Shown: positions 40,857 through 49,842 of the stretch, piece after piece
Layout: each line of letters opens with the position of its first letter
How positions within the stretch are numbered: the first letter of the stretch is position 1
Assembly: GCA_040830765.1 (NCBI GenBank)
Contig: JBFOMH010000022.1
Coordinates: 1 to 61,486, forward strand
Length of the DNA: 61,486 nt
DNA from: Puniceicoccaceae bacterium
GTDB lineage: Bacteria > Verrucomicrobiota > Verrucomicrobiia > Opitutales > Oceanipulchritudinaceae
Reading direction: 5' to 3'
Translations under genes and position numbers: made by a program
Notes under the pieces: model-generated
Databases searched by the model: none
What the model saw: only the letters and a program-made list of their open reading frames with translations
Told to the model about the DNA's origin: nothing

Positions 40857-41453
40857 TCAGCGAGTGGTTGAGCTATCAGCGGCTTGTTGGGCCTTAATGT
40901 GAGGTTCCCACGGTAATTCAAATGATCCAACAAACCCTCCAACACCTTTCCTTGTATACTTAGATTCCATTATTGTAAGAAGTCGCTCCAATGTCTTTTC
41001 CGAGGATCGTTGCCTATTAAGACTAAAAGCATCCCACTCTCCGCTTTCAAAGTGATTCTTAGAATTCTGTATATGAACTCGATTACGAAGTTTCCTCAGT
41101 TCATCAAGTGCATCGTATATTGATGGATCTTCTCCTAGTAAATTTTTGCTTTTTGCGTTGGTAATATATTTTGCAAATTCATCTATAGTTTTAGTCCTAA
41201 TCTCTTCAATTACGCTTTCTGGAATATTTGGTACTCCTTCGAGTACGTAAGAGTTTATTCTCAGATAAAGATCATATAACACTGCTTCGGCGATCGAACC
41301 AATCGTGACAATGATCGGTTTTCTTAAAAATTTCCGAACTTCGTAACTACCATTGTTCTGAACCTCGTAAAGAACCTTAAGGGTTCCAAGATTATGGACA
41401 ATATTATCCCCCAAGCGAAAGCTACCCATAAAGTCGCTACATATTGTTTTCAT
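40857..41453 (-). CDS. Hypothetical protein, HEPN-like (putative RNase)
   Basis: Helical, AT-rich 198-aa ORF with GSIAEAVL and LRKLRNRVH, matching the E...R-x-H arrangement of HEPN domains. Confidence 0.55.
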   Translation of the reverse strand: MKTICSDFMGSFRLGDNIVHNLGTLKVLYEVQNNGSYEVRKFLRKPIIVTIGSIAEAVLYDLYLRINSYVLEGVPNIPESVIEEIRTKTIDEFAKYITNAKSKNLLGEDPSIYDALDELRKLRNRVHIQNSKNHFESGEWDAFSLNRQRSSEKTLERLLTIMESKYTRKGVGGFVGSFELPWEPHIKAQQAADSSTTR

Positions 41454-41714
41454 AAAATTGCAAAACAGTTAGTTGAATGACAAGCTGTGCGAATTGTTGG
41501 ATCACGGATACTTCTAGAATTTGGCGAAGGCAACGAATTTCCAATCAGTGATGCCTGCCAATGCCATCGCTACTGGGCGAACTCTCCGCGCTACATGTCC
41601 AACAGCCGATCCTCCCCTCTCTCAACGTAGCTCCAATAATATCCCCCTCCCAACCTTGTCCCCGGAATAAAGTGCTTTGAATTCGAGTCGGGATTTTATA
41701 AATAGAGGGCCTTG

Positions 41715-42524
41715 ATGGTATTTGCCCGCACACGAACGGCCTGGAAACGGGTCTTCCTTGCTCTGGTCGTCCCGCTGACCGGGGTAGCCCAGTTGGCTCC
41801 CGAACGGGACATTCTCGCGGAGCTGCTGGCGGCGAATGGGGACTGGCTGGCGAGTGACCAGGACTTCCGGGAATTCCGGGAAGCGGAGTCGCCGGACGAG
41901 TGGGAGATCCAGGACTATGCGGAGTTTGTGGCCGGATTGAAGCGGAGGGTGATTATCCTCTGCCAGGAGGCCCGGGAGGCGGGCGAATCCCCCGAGGACG
42001 TGGGGGTGGACTGCGAGGAGCTGAGTCAGCAGGCGGAGGATGCGAGCAACCTGGCGGAAGCCGCAGTCCCGGACCGTCCCATGTCCGCGGAGGAGCAGGA
42101 AGCGGAGTTGCTGGCGAAGATGGAACGAATTGAGTCGGAATTCGACGAGCTGCTGATGTCGGAACAGGAGATGGTCTATCGTGAGGAGAGCGGAGGCGCA
42201 GCGGGTGGCGGTTCCGGAGGCGGTGGCGGTGGCCAATCCGGTGGCGGTGGCGGTGGCTCCGGTGGGGATCCGGGAGGCGAGGAAGAACCGGCCGGGGCGA
42301 GTGGTCCCGGTGGCGGGGTTGCTGCCCAGGGAGGTAATGAAGGTGGTACCGGACCGGGAATTCCGAAGGAGGGTGACACGCAGACCCAGCCCGAGCTGCC
42401 CCCGGCGGCGGATGATGACATTGTTGCGCGTCAGTTACGGGAAGCGGCTGAGAACGAGACGGATCCGTATTTAAAGGAACAGTTATGGAAAGAGTATTGG
42501 AAGTACAAGAACTCGAGGAAGTGA
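41715..42524 (+). CDS. Secreted acidic hypothetical protein with poly-Gly linker; first gene of the envelope operon
   Basis: Signal-like N-terminus, Gly-rich tract at about 42190-42350, C-terminal DDDIVARQLREAAENETDPYLKEQLWKEY. Confidence 0.7.
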   Translation: MVFARTRTAWKRVFLALVVPLTGVAQLAPERDILAELLAANGDWLASDQDFREFREAESPDEWEIQDYAEFVAGLKRRVIILCQEAREAGESPEDVGVDCEELSQQAEDASNLAEAAVPDRPMSAEEQEAELLAKMERIESEFDELLMSEQEMVYREESGGAAGGGSGGGGGGQSGGGGGGSGGDPGGEEEPAGASGPGGGVAAQGGNEGGTGPGIPKEGDTQTQPELPPAADDDIVARQLREAAENETDPYLKEQLWKEYWKYKNSRK

Positions 42525-43762
42525 ACGGCCGGTGGCGGGCGATCGGTGTGCTGGCCCTGGTGGGCCTTGTCCTCGGACTCGGGGGCTGTACCTCGACCTA
42601 TCCGACCGTGGAGGTTGAGGAGGAGGTGGTCCCGCTGCAGGCAGCCCAGGTGGACCTGCCGGAGCAGGAGCTGCTCGACGTGCGCATTGCGGTCCTGGAT
42701 CCCGGGGAGCTGCCGCGCTCTGAGGACCAGGCCCGCGGGCTGAGCGACGACATCCGGGAGGCGGAATCCCGTTACATGGCGGTGGAGCTGAGAAACGCGA
42801 TGGAGCAGTCTGGTTACTGGGGGGCGGTGCGCGTTGTGCCCGATGCCTCCCCGGGGGATGAAGTGCTCATTACCGGCGAGATCATCGAATCGAACGGCGA
42901 GGAGCTCACGCTGCAGATCAGTGCCACCGACGCGACCGGGGAGAAGTGGTTTACGGACGAGTTTGATGGAGCGGTCGACATCGACATGTACGATGAGGCC
43001 CGGGCCGAGCAGCGACCAGTCTTCGGGAACGTTTACAACGACATCGCCAACCGCATTACCCAGCACCGCAACAAACTGACCCCGGCGGAGATTGCCCGGA
43101 TCCGGGCGACGGCGGAACTGCGCTTTGCCGAGGATATTGCCCCGGACACCTTCGAGGGCTACGTCATTAACAATCCCAGAAAAGGGACTTACCAGCTGGA
43201 TCGTCTCCCGGCCAAGGACGATGAGATGCTAATGCGGGTGCAGCGCATTCGGGGCCGGGATGCCATGCTGGTCGACCGGCTCGACGCCCATTACACGGGC
43301 CTCTACCGGGAGATGAAGGACGACGAATATTTCTCGTGGAGGAAATCGCGGCTCCAGGAGATGAACATGATCCGCGAAGTCGACAAGGAGAAGAACCAGC
43401 AAATGGCCCAGGGTGTCGCCCTGATCCTCGCGGGGGCCGCCATGGCGGCTGCCGGAGCCAATACCTCGGATGAATCCTTGTCCGCCGCCATGGACACGAT
43501 GGCGGTTTCCACGGCCGCCATTGGCGTGGTCGGGGTGGTCAATGCCCAGCAGATTTCACAGCAGGCCGATATCAACAAGGCCGCCCTTGAGGAGCTCGGG
43601 GAATCCTTCAGCGGCGATGCCGCCGCCATGGTGATGGAAGTTGAGGGAGAAACGGTGGAATTAACCGGATCGGCCGAAGAACAGTATGCCCAGTGGCGCG
43701 AAGTCCTCAAGGACCTGCACCGGGTCAAGACAACGGGAGAGAACGGGGATCCCGCACCCTGA
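42521..43762 (+). CDS. Lipoprotein of unknown function
   Basis: GTG start overlapping the upstream TGA; lipobox LGG|C; Gly/Ala-rich hydrophobic hairpin near the C-terminus. Confidence 0.75.
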   Translation: MNGRWRAIGVLALVGLVLGLGGCTSTYPTVEVEEEVVPLQAAQVDLPEQELLDVRIAVLDPGELPRSEDQARGLSDDIREAESRYMAVELRNAMEQSGYWGAVRVVPDASPGDEVLITGEIIESNGEELTLQISATDATGEKWFTDEFDGAVDIDMYDEARAEQRPVFGNVYNDIANRITQHRNKLTPAEIARIRATAELRFAEDIAPDTFEGYVINNPRKGTYQLDRLPAKDDEMLMRVQRIRGRDAMLVDRLDAHYTGLYREMKDDEYFSWRKSRLQEMNMIREVDKEKNQQMAQGVALILAGAAMAAAGANTSDESLSAAMDTMAVSTAAIGVVGVVNAQQISQQADINKAALEELGESFSGDAAAMVMEVEGETVELTGSAEEQYAQWREVLKDLHRVKTTGENGDPAP

Positions 43763-43776
43763 ACGACTGATCTGTT

Positions 43777-45234
43777 ATGGGACAGGATCCTGAAACACCC
43801 CTGCCGATCCGGCGCGTCAAGGACAACAACGCGCTCAGCCCGACCGCTGTCGCCGTCACGGCGGCTGTCTTTGTCATCCTCGTCTCCTGTTGCATCCTCG
43901 TCATCTTCATCCTGCCGGCAAAGAGCGGGACCGATCCGGCCCAGGCTGCGCTCGACGGTACGGCGGAGTCCGTAGCGCTGCAGGGAGCGATCGATCCCGA
44001 ACTGAAAAACAAGACGGACCAGGCCCGCCAACACGCGCTGGCCCTGCAGGCGCGGCTGGAGAGCGAGGGCGTCGAGGTATGGGGACTGGACACCCTCCAG
44101 ACGAATTACACCGAGGCGGAGGCAGCCCTGTCGAGCGCCCAGGAGGCTTATGCGGATGGTGTCTACCAGGAGGCATTGACGGCCTACACCACAGCCATAG
44201 GACTGCTTGAGACGCTGGACGCCAGTCGCCCGGAACGGATTGAAAAGGCCCTCGCGGCTGGGGAGTCGGCCCTGCAGGCCGGGGATGCAACCGAGGCGAA
44301 ACGAAACTTTGAAATTGTCCTCTCCCTCGACCCGGCCAATGCAACAGCTCTCGACGGCCTGGAAGCGGCGAAGCTGCAACCGGCGATGCGCAAACTAATC
44401 GGGGAGGCGGAGTTGGCGGAGTCATCCGGTGACCTGTTGGGCGCCCTTGGACTCTACCAGCAGATCCTGGCCATGGATACCGATCGTCCGGAGAGTCTGG
44501 CCGAGGTCGCTCGCCTGCAAGCGGCGATCGAGGAAAAGGCCTACCAGCGGGCGATCAACGCAGCCGTGCAGGCACTCCAGGCAGGCAAGCTCGATGAGGC
44601 ACAGCTGGCTCTTGCCGCGGCCCGTGCCATTCGGCCGGAGGGGGCACTCCTCAAGGAACTGGAGGGTGAGCTTAATGAACAGCGCCTGCTGGACGACATC
44701 AGCCAAATGAGGCAGCAAGCGCTCAGCGCGGAGGCCACGGGCGACTGGCACACGGCCGTCGATGCCTATACTGCCATCCTAAAAATCGACTCAACGATTG
44801 CCTTCGCCCAGACAGGGATCGTGCAGGCCGAGAAGCTCGCCCGCTTAAAGGATGACCTGCAGATGTATTTGTCCGATAAGGACCTCCTCTTGTCACCGGG
44901 CAATGTGGCCCATGCCCGCGAGCTGGGGACCCTCGTCGTGGAGGCGCGTCCAGCAGGCACCCTCCTGCACAGCATGGCGACCGAGCTGCTCGATACCCTG
45001 GTGGCCTACGAGACGCCAGCGCTGGTGCGGATCACTTCCGACGGCAAGACGCAGGTCCGGATCTTCCGGGTCGGCCTGCTGGGCACCTTCACCTCGGTCG
45101 AAAAGGAACTGCTGCCCGGCCGCTATGAAATCCAGGGAACCCGGTCGGGCTACCGGGATGTATCCTTTACCTTCACGGTCCCGCCCGGGGCCGCCGATTA
45201 TGCCATCACCGTCACATGCAAGGAGAAGATTTGA
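43777..45234 (+). CDS. Membrane-anchored TPR-like helical protein with C-terminal PEGA-like domain
   Basis: One TM helix, Ala/Leu/Glu-rich helical repeats (AKRNFEIVLSLDPANATALDGL), C-terminal LLPGRYEIQGTRSGYRDV. Confidence 0.75.
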   Translation: MGQDPETPLPIRRVKDNNALSPTAVAVTAAVFVILVSCCILVIFILPAKSGTDPAQAALDGTAESVALQGAIDPELKNKTDQARQHALALQARLESEGVEVWGLDTLQTNYTEAEAALSSAQEAYADGVYQEALTAYTTAIGLLETLDASRPERIEKALAAGESALQAGDATEAKRNFEIVLSLDPANATALDGLEAAKLQPAMRKLIGEAELAESSGDLLGALGLYQQILAMDTDRPESLAEVARLQAAIEEKAYQRAINAAVQALQAGKLDEAQLALAAARAIRPEGALLKELEGELNEQRLLDDISQMRQQALSAEATGDWHTAVDAYTAILKIDSTIAFAQTGIVQAEKLARLKDDLQMYLSDKDLLLSPGNVAHARELGTLVVEARPAGTLLHSMATELLDTLVAYETPALVRITSDGKTQVRIFRVGLLGTFTSVEKELLPGRYEIQGTRSGYRDVSFTFTVPPGAADYAITVTCKEKI

Positions 45235-47714
45235 ACCCCGCGCTCCGTATCGATTCATCCGGTACCTCGCATGATCTGCATGCGGGTGACCTGCCGCTGG
45301 TCCTCTCCCTGGCCGGCGGGAAGCTCGTACTCGCGAGCGATCCAGCACAGGCCGACGCGGAGGCTTGGCTGGAGGCCGAGGGGGACGGGATCCACTTCCG
45401 GGCGGCACCGGAGGCAACGGTCCCGATCAAGTACAACAACGCGCCGACCGGGGCAGATTCCGTCCTGCTAAAGGAGGGCGATTCCGTGCAGGTGGCGGAT
45501 GTCATTTTCAGGGTCTCAGTCACGGAGGGGACCACGCTCCTCCGGCATGATGCCCATTCCGGCGAGACGACACTGCAGTTTTCCAAACCCAAGGATGCGG
45601 AGGTGCCCGTTGCGCCCGTGCAACCGGCCAAGCCCGTGGTCGCGGAGCCGAATCCGGCGGACCAACCCGCCCCGGACGTCAGCCCACAAATCCGTCCCAT
45701 CGAGCAGAAGCAAGCCAACTGGACGATGCGCCTCATCCTCATGGCGGTGTTCCTGCCCCTGATTGTCGGGCTGGTCTTTGTCCTCATCGTGGCCTCCGTC
45801 GAGGTGGAGATAAATCCCGCGCCTGACGAAGTTGCGGTGGGGCGCTTTCCGTTTGCCATCAAAATGGGCGAGCGCTTCATGGCCATTCCGGGAACCCACC
45901 GGGTCCAGGCGGAGAAGGCCGGCTACCATGACTTGAACGAACGCGTCGCCGTCGGCTACGGGGATGATCCGACCTTCACATTCACGATGAACAAGCTGCC
46001 GGGCCAGATTGTCCTGCGCACGGAGCCTGTGGAGGGGGCGGAGGTCTACGTGGACGGGGAACTCGTCGGAACCACCCCGCTGACGGCCGAGGTGGAGGCA
46101 GGCAGCCGTCAGTTCCGCTTTCTGGCCGAGCGCTACCTGCCGCATGAGGAGCTGCTCGAGGTCGAGGGCATGGGGATCGAGCAATCGATTGACGTCGTTC
46201 TAAAACCCGGCTGGGGAACCCTGCAGGTAACGAGTGTCCCCGAGGGGGCGGAGGTCCGGCTGAACGGGGATTCCGCCGGCGCAACACCCTTGGAAATTCT
46301 GCCCATGGCAGGTAATTACACGGTTTCCTTTCACCTCGACGAATACCAGGAAGCCAGCCGGGAAGTTGAGATCCAGCCCGGAGAAGTGGTCTCCCTGGAA
46401 ACGGTTGTTCTGGTGCCTCTCGAGGGACGGCTCACCATCCAGGCGGATCCGGAAGGGACGAACATCATGCTCAACGGGGAATTCCTCGGAACCGCGCCCG
46501 GGGAGTTTGTTGTCCCGGCGATGAAGGCACTGGAGCTGCAATTCCTCAAGGGCGGGTATAAGCCGCAGGAGCAAGTCATCGAGCTGGAACCGGACGCGAC
46601 GGAGTCGATCCGCATCAAACTGGAGCCCGAGTTCGGAACCGTCTTCGTGACGAGTAATCCGGCGGACGCGGAACTCTATGTGGACGGCGTGCAGCAATCC
46701 TCCGCCTCCAAACGACTCCGTCTGAGCACGCTCCCGCACGTCATTGAGATCAAGAAGGATGGGTACGAGACCCGGACCCTTGAGGTGACGCCCAATCCAG
46801 GCGTGGCAAAGAAGCTCGATATCCAACTGGAGACCTTGAGGGAGGTCCGCAGCAAGCAGCCGGTTGCGGAAATAAAGACCGGTGGCGGACAGGTCCTGCG
46901 GGAGATCCGCATCCTCGATCCAATCACGATTGACATGGGGGCCTCGCGGCGGGAGGCCGGCCGCCAGAGCAATGAGCTGCAGTATCAAGTCACCCTGACG
47001 CGTAGTTTCTTTATCAGTACACATGAGGTGACCAATGCGGAGTTTGCCCGCTTCAATCCGGAACATGATTCCGGTAGCTTTTCGGGCCATCGACTGGACC
47101 GGCCGGACCAGCCGGTGGTCAGTGTGAGCTGGGATGCTGCTGCCCGTTACCTCAACTGGTTGAGTGAACAGGACGGCCTCCAGCCGGCCTATGTCGAGAC
47201 GGGTGGGGCGATGGCGCCCGTGGTTCCGGTGACCAATGGCTACCGCATGCCTACGGAGGCTGAATGGGCCTTTGTTGCCCGCTACGGGGGCGATGCCCGG
47301 CCGGGCGTCCAGCCCATCAAGTATCCCTGGGGGAACGAACGGACTCCGCCCGCGGAGAGTGGCAACTATGCCGGCACGGAATCGGTCAACGGCATCCCCC
47401 TCGTCATCCAGTCGTACAAGGACGACTTTCCTGCCTCCGCGCCTGTTGGGGAGTTCGCCCCGAACGGCGCTGGCATTGCCGACCTCGGTGGCAACGTTTC
47501 CGAGTGGTGTCATGACTACTACGATCTTCGCCTGATGATGGACAACACAGTCCTTGTGGATCCGACCGGTCCCTCATCGGGCCGTTTCCATGTCATCCGC
47601 GGCTCCAGTTGGCGCCATGGCGGAATCAAGGAATTACGATTAACCTACCGGGATTACGCCGAGGAGGGGCGTAACGACCTCGGCTTCCGGATTGTCAGGT
47701 ATGCTGATGAATAG
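45231..47714 (+). CDS. FHA-like / TM / multiple PEGA / FGE-sulfatase (SUMF1-fold) protein
   Basis: TTG start with AGGAG upstream, overlapping the previous TGA. PEGA repeats (TEPVEGAEVYVDG, SVPEGAEVRLNG, ADPEGTNIMLNG, SNPADAELYVDG). FGE-fold motifs HEVTNAEF, PVVSVSW, YRMPTEAEW, DLGGNVSEW, GFRIVR. Confidence 0.85.
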   Translation: MNPALRIDSSGTSHDLHAGDLPLVLSLAGGKLVLASDPAQADAEAWLEAEGDGIHFRAAPEATVPIKYNNAPTGADSVLLKEGDSVQVADVIFRVSVTEGTTLLRHDAHSGETTLQFSKPKDAEVPVAPVQPAKPVVAEPNPADQPAPDVSPQIRPIEQKQANWTMRLILMAVFLPLIVGLVFVLIVASVEVEINPAPDEVAVGRFPFAIKMGERFMAIPGTHRVQAEKAGYHDLNERVAVGYGDDPTFTFTMNKLPGQIVLRTEPVEGAEVYVDGELVGTTPLTAEVEAGSRQFRFLAERYLPHEELLEVEGMGIEQSIDVVLKPGWGTLQVTSVPEGAEVRLNGDSAGATPLEILPMAGNYTVSFHLDEYQEASREVEIQPGEVVSLETVVLVPLEGRLTIQADPEGTNIMLNGEFLGTAPGEFVVPAMKALELQFLKGGYKPQEQVIELEPDATESIRIKLEPEFGTVFVTSNPADAELYVDGVQQSSASKRLRLSTLPHVIEIKKDGYETRTLEVTPNPGVAKKLDIQLETLREVRSKQPVAEIKTGGGQVLREIRILDPITIDMGASRREAGRQSNELQYQVTLTRSFFISTHEVTNAEFARFNPEHDSGSFSGHRLDRPDQPVVSVSWDAAARYLNWLSEQDGLQPAYVETGGAMAPVVPVTNGYRMPTEAEWAFVARYGGDARPGVQPIKYPWGNERTPPAESGNYAGTESVNGIPLVIQSYKDDFPASAPVGEFAPNGAGIADLGGNVSEWCHDYYDLRLMMDNTVLVDPTGPSSGRFHVIRGSSWRHGGIKELRLTYRDYAEEGRNDLGFRIVRYADE

Positions 47715-47943
47715 ATCGAAACGCACATGGTGCTTTATCGGCATCTCTCTGGTCCTGTTCCTGTCCGCCGTGCTGCTCCCGGCCCAGGCCGTTGAGGAGG
47801 AGCCTCAGGAGCCTGTCACGGATGAGGAAGCAACTCCCCCGGAAGACACCGAACAAGAACCAACCCCATCCACTACGGAAACTTTCAACCCGACCGAGGA
47901 AATTCCGGCCGACCAGGCGGTCGATTTCCCGTCAGACATCTAA
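47707..47943 (+). CDS. Small secreted acidic protein
   Basis: Signal peptide ending AQA, acidic linker, C-terminal FNPTEEIPADQAVDFPSDI. Overlaps the upstream stop. Confidence 0.7.
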   Translation: MNRSKRTWCFIGISLVLFLSAVLLPAQAVEEEPQEPVTDEEATPPEDTEQEPTPSTTETFNPTEEIPADQAVDFPSDI

Positions 47944-47952
47944 GAGAAACCT

Positions 47953-48741
47953 ATGAAAAATTCATTCGAGTTCATCTTCTCCCTCTTCGCGCTTCTGCTC
48001 TCCTTCATCATCGTCCATGCGGCTTACGTGGGACTGATCCGGCCGAAGGCGGAGGCCTTCATGAACGAGCAGGACGCAATGATGGAAGTGAATCCCGACT
48101 ACGTCCCGGAGCGCTCCATATTTGTCGTCATCCAGGACTTCGAACAGGAGGCGTGCTTCATCCTCATGTTCTGGGCGCTGGCGATCCTCGGATTCAAGTA
48201 CTGGGATGCGAATAACCAGAAGAAGTTGCTGGAGCTGGATTTCATCGGCCTCCCGGAGGACACGCCGGTGACCCCGGCCATTTCACCGAAGATTATCAAG
48301 AACATTGAGACCATTCCCCCAAGGCAGCAGGAGTTCCTGCTGCCCCGCTTGCTGACAGGTTCCCTTGGGCGCTTTGTCTCCACGAAAAACGTCCAAGATG
48401 CGGCGACGGAGATCAACAGCCTCTGCGACCAGGAATCCGACCGCCTCGATTCCGAGATGTCGATCATCCGCTACATCGCCTGGGCCATTCCCTCCTTCGG
48501 ATTCATCGGCACGGTGCGGGGGATCGGGGAAGCGCTCTCGCAGGCCCACCGGGCCGTCGAGGGAGACATCACCGGTGTCACGCGCCACCTCGGGGTGGCC
48601 TTTAATTCCACCTTCATCGCCCTCGCCATCAGTATCGTTCTGATGTTCATCATCCACCAGGTGCAGCTGTACCAGGACCGCCTCGTCCACAAGTCCGGAC
48701 AGTACTGCTCGGAACGCCTCATCAACCGCCTGAGTCCCTAA
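47953..48741 (+). CDS. MotA/TolQ/ExbB family ion-channel protein
   Basis: Four TM helices; AIPSFGFIGTVRGI and LGVAFNSTFIAL signature helices. Confidence 0.9.
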   Translation: MKNSFEFIFSLFALLLSFIIVHAAYVGLIRPKAEAFMNEQDAMMEVNPDYVPERSIFVVIQDFEQEACFILMFWALAILGFKYWDANNQKKLLELDFIGLPEDTPVTPAISPKIIKNIETIPPRQQEFLLPRLLTGSLGRFVSTKNVQDAATEINSLCDQESDRLDSEMSIIRYIAWAIPSFGFIGTVRGIGEALSQAHRAVEGDITGVTRHLGVAFNSTFIALAISIVLMFIIHQVQLYQDRLVHKSGQYCSERLINRLSP

Positions 48742-48753
48742 GCCCGATCCATT

Positions 48754-49842
48754 ATGCGCAAGCGCCGGGAGACAAGCGCCTTCAGCCTTTCCTTCCTCGA
48801 TGTCATGTGTTGTGGCTTCGGGGCGGCCATCCTGCTTGTCATGATCCTAAACGGCAAGACGCTCCAGAAACGGACGGAAAAGCAGGCGGACCTCCAGACC
48901 GAGATTGAGCGGCAGGAAATCCTCATGGAGCACGCCGAGGCGCACTTGCGTACTTTGCAGGCAGCGGTCGAGGAGACCGAGCTCACGGAGGGACAGCTGC
49001 GCAACCGTATCCAGACCATCGAGCAGGCAATCCAGGCGGAGCTGCAGGCCCGTACAGAGACCGAGGAGGAGATCTTCAGCCGGGAAGGGGAGATCGATCG
49101 CCTGACCCGCGAGATCCAGTCCTTGCAAGCGAGTCGCGAGGAGCTGGCTGCGGGCGATGCGGAGTCGAGGACCTCCAACCTGATCGGATTCGACGGGGAG
49201 GGCCGGCGTCAATACCTCACCGGCCTCAAGCTCGGGGGTGAGAATACACTCATCCTGCTCGACATGTCGGCCAGTATGCTGGACGAGACGATCGTCAACA
49301 TCGTCCGGCGCAAGCTCATGCCGGATGCCGTCAAGCGCCGCTCCCCGAAGTGGCAACGCGTGGTCAAGTCCTACCGCTGGATCCTTGCCAACATTCAACC
49401 GGGCAAGCGCTTCCAGACCTATGCCTTCAGTACGTCACCGGTACCGCTGGTCGAGGGGACGGGCGGGACCTGGTTGGACTCCGGCAACGAGGAGCATCTA
49501 CGCGCCTCGCTCGACAGTGTCATGAATTTATCACCACAGGGAGGGACCAATCTTGAGCGGGCTTTCGAGGCGATCAAGTCGATGTCCCCAAGGCCCGACA
49601 GTGTGATCCTGATTACCGACGGCTTACCCACGCAGGGGAGCGGGGTGAAGCAGCGCGGATCGATCTCTGGGGAGGACCGGCTCAAGCTCTTTGAAAATGC
49701 GGTCGAGGACCTGAGCACCCGTATCCCGATCAACATCCTTCTTTTCCCAATTGAGGGGGATCCCGCCGCCGCGGCTGCATACTGGCAGCTTGCCGTTTTA
49801 ACGGACGGCTCATTCATCACTCCAGCGAGGGACTGGCCATGA
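48754..49842 (+). CDS. TM(Asp) / coiled-coil / vWA domain protein
   Basis: N-terminal FSLSFLDVMCCGFGAAILL, a heptad-rich stalk, and MIDAS elements DMSAS, GGTN, ITDG. Confidence 0.85.
   Translation: MRKRRETSAFSLSFLDVMCCGFGAAILLVMILNGKTLQKRTEKQADLQTEIERQEILMEHAEAHLRTLQAAVEETELTEGQLRNRIQTIEQAIQAELQARTETEEEIFSREGEIDRLTREIQSLQASREELAAGDAESRTSNLIGFDGEGRRQYLTGLKLGGENTLILLDMSASMLDETIVNIVRRKLMPDAVKRRSPKWQRVVKSYRWILANIQPGKRFQTYAFSTSPVPLVEGTGGTWLDSGNEEHLRASLDSVMNLSPQGGTNLERAFEAIKSMSPRPDSVILITDGLPTQGSGVKQRGSISGEDRLKLFENAVEDLSTRIPINILLFPIEGDPAAAAAYWQLAVLTDGSFITPARDWP

Noticed and set aside
46860..47714. Active formylglycine-generating enzyme
   Set aside because: The catalytic cysteines are missing and no sulfatase is adjacent.
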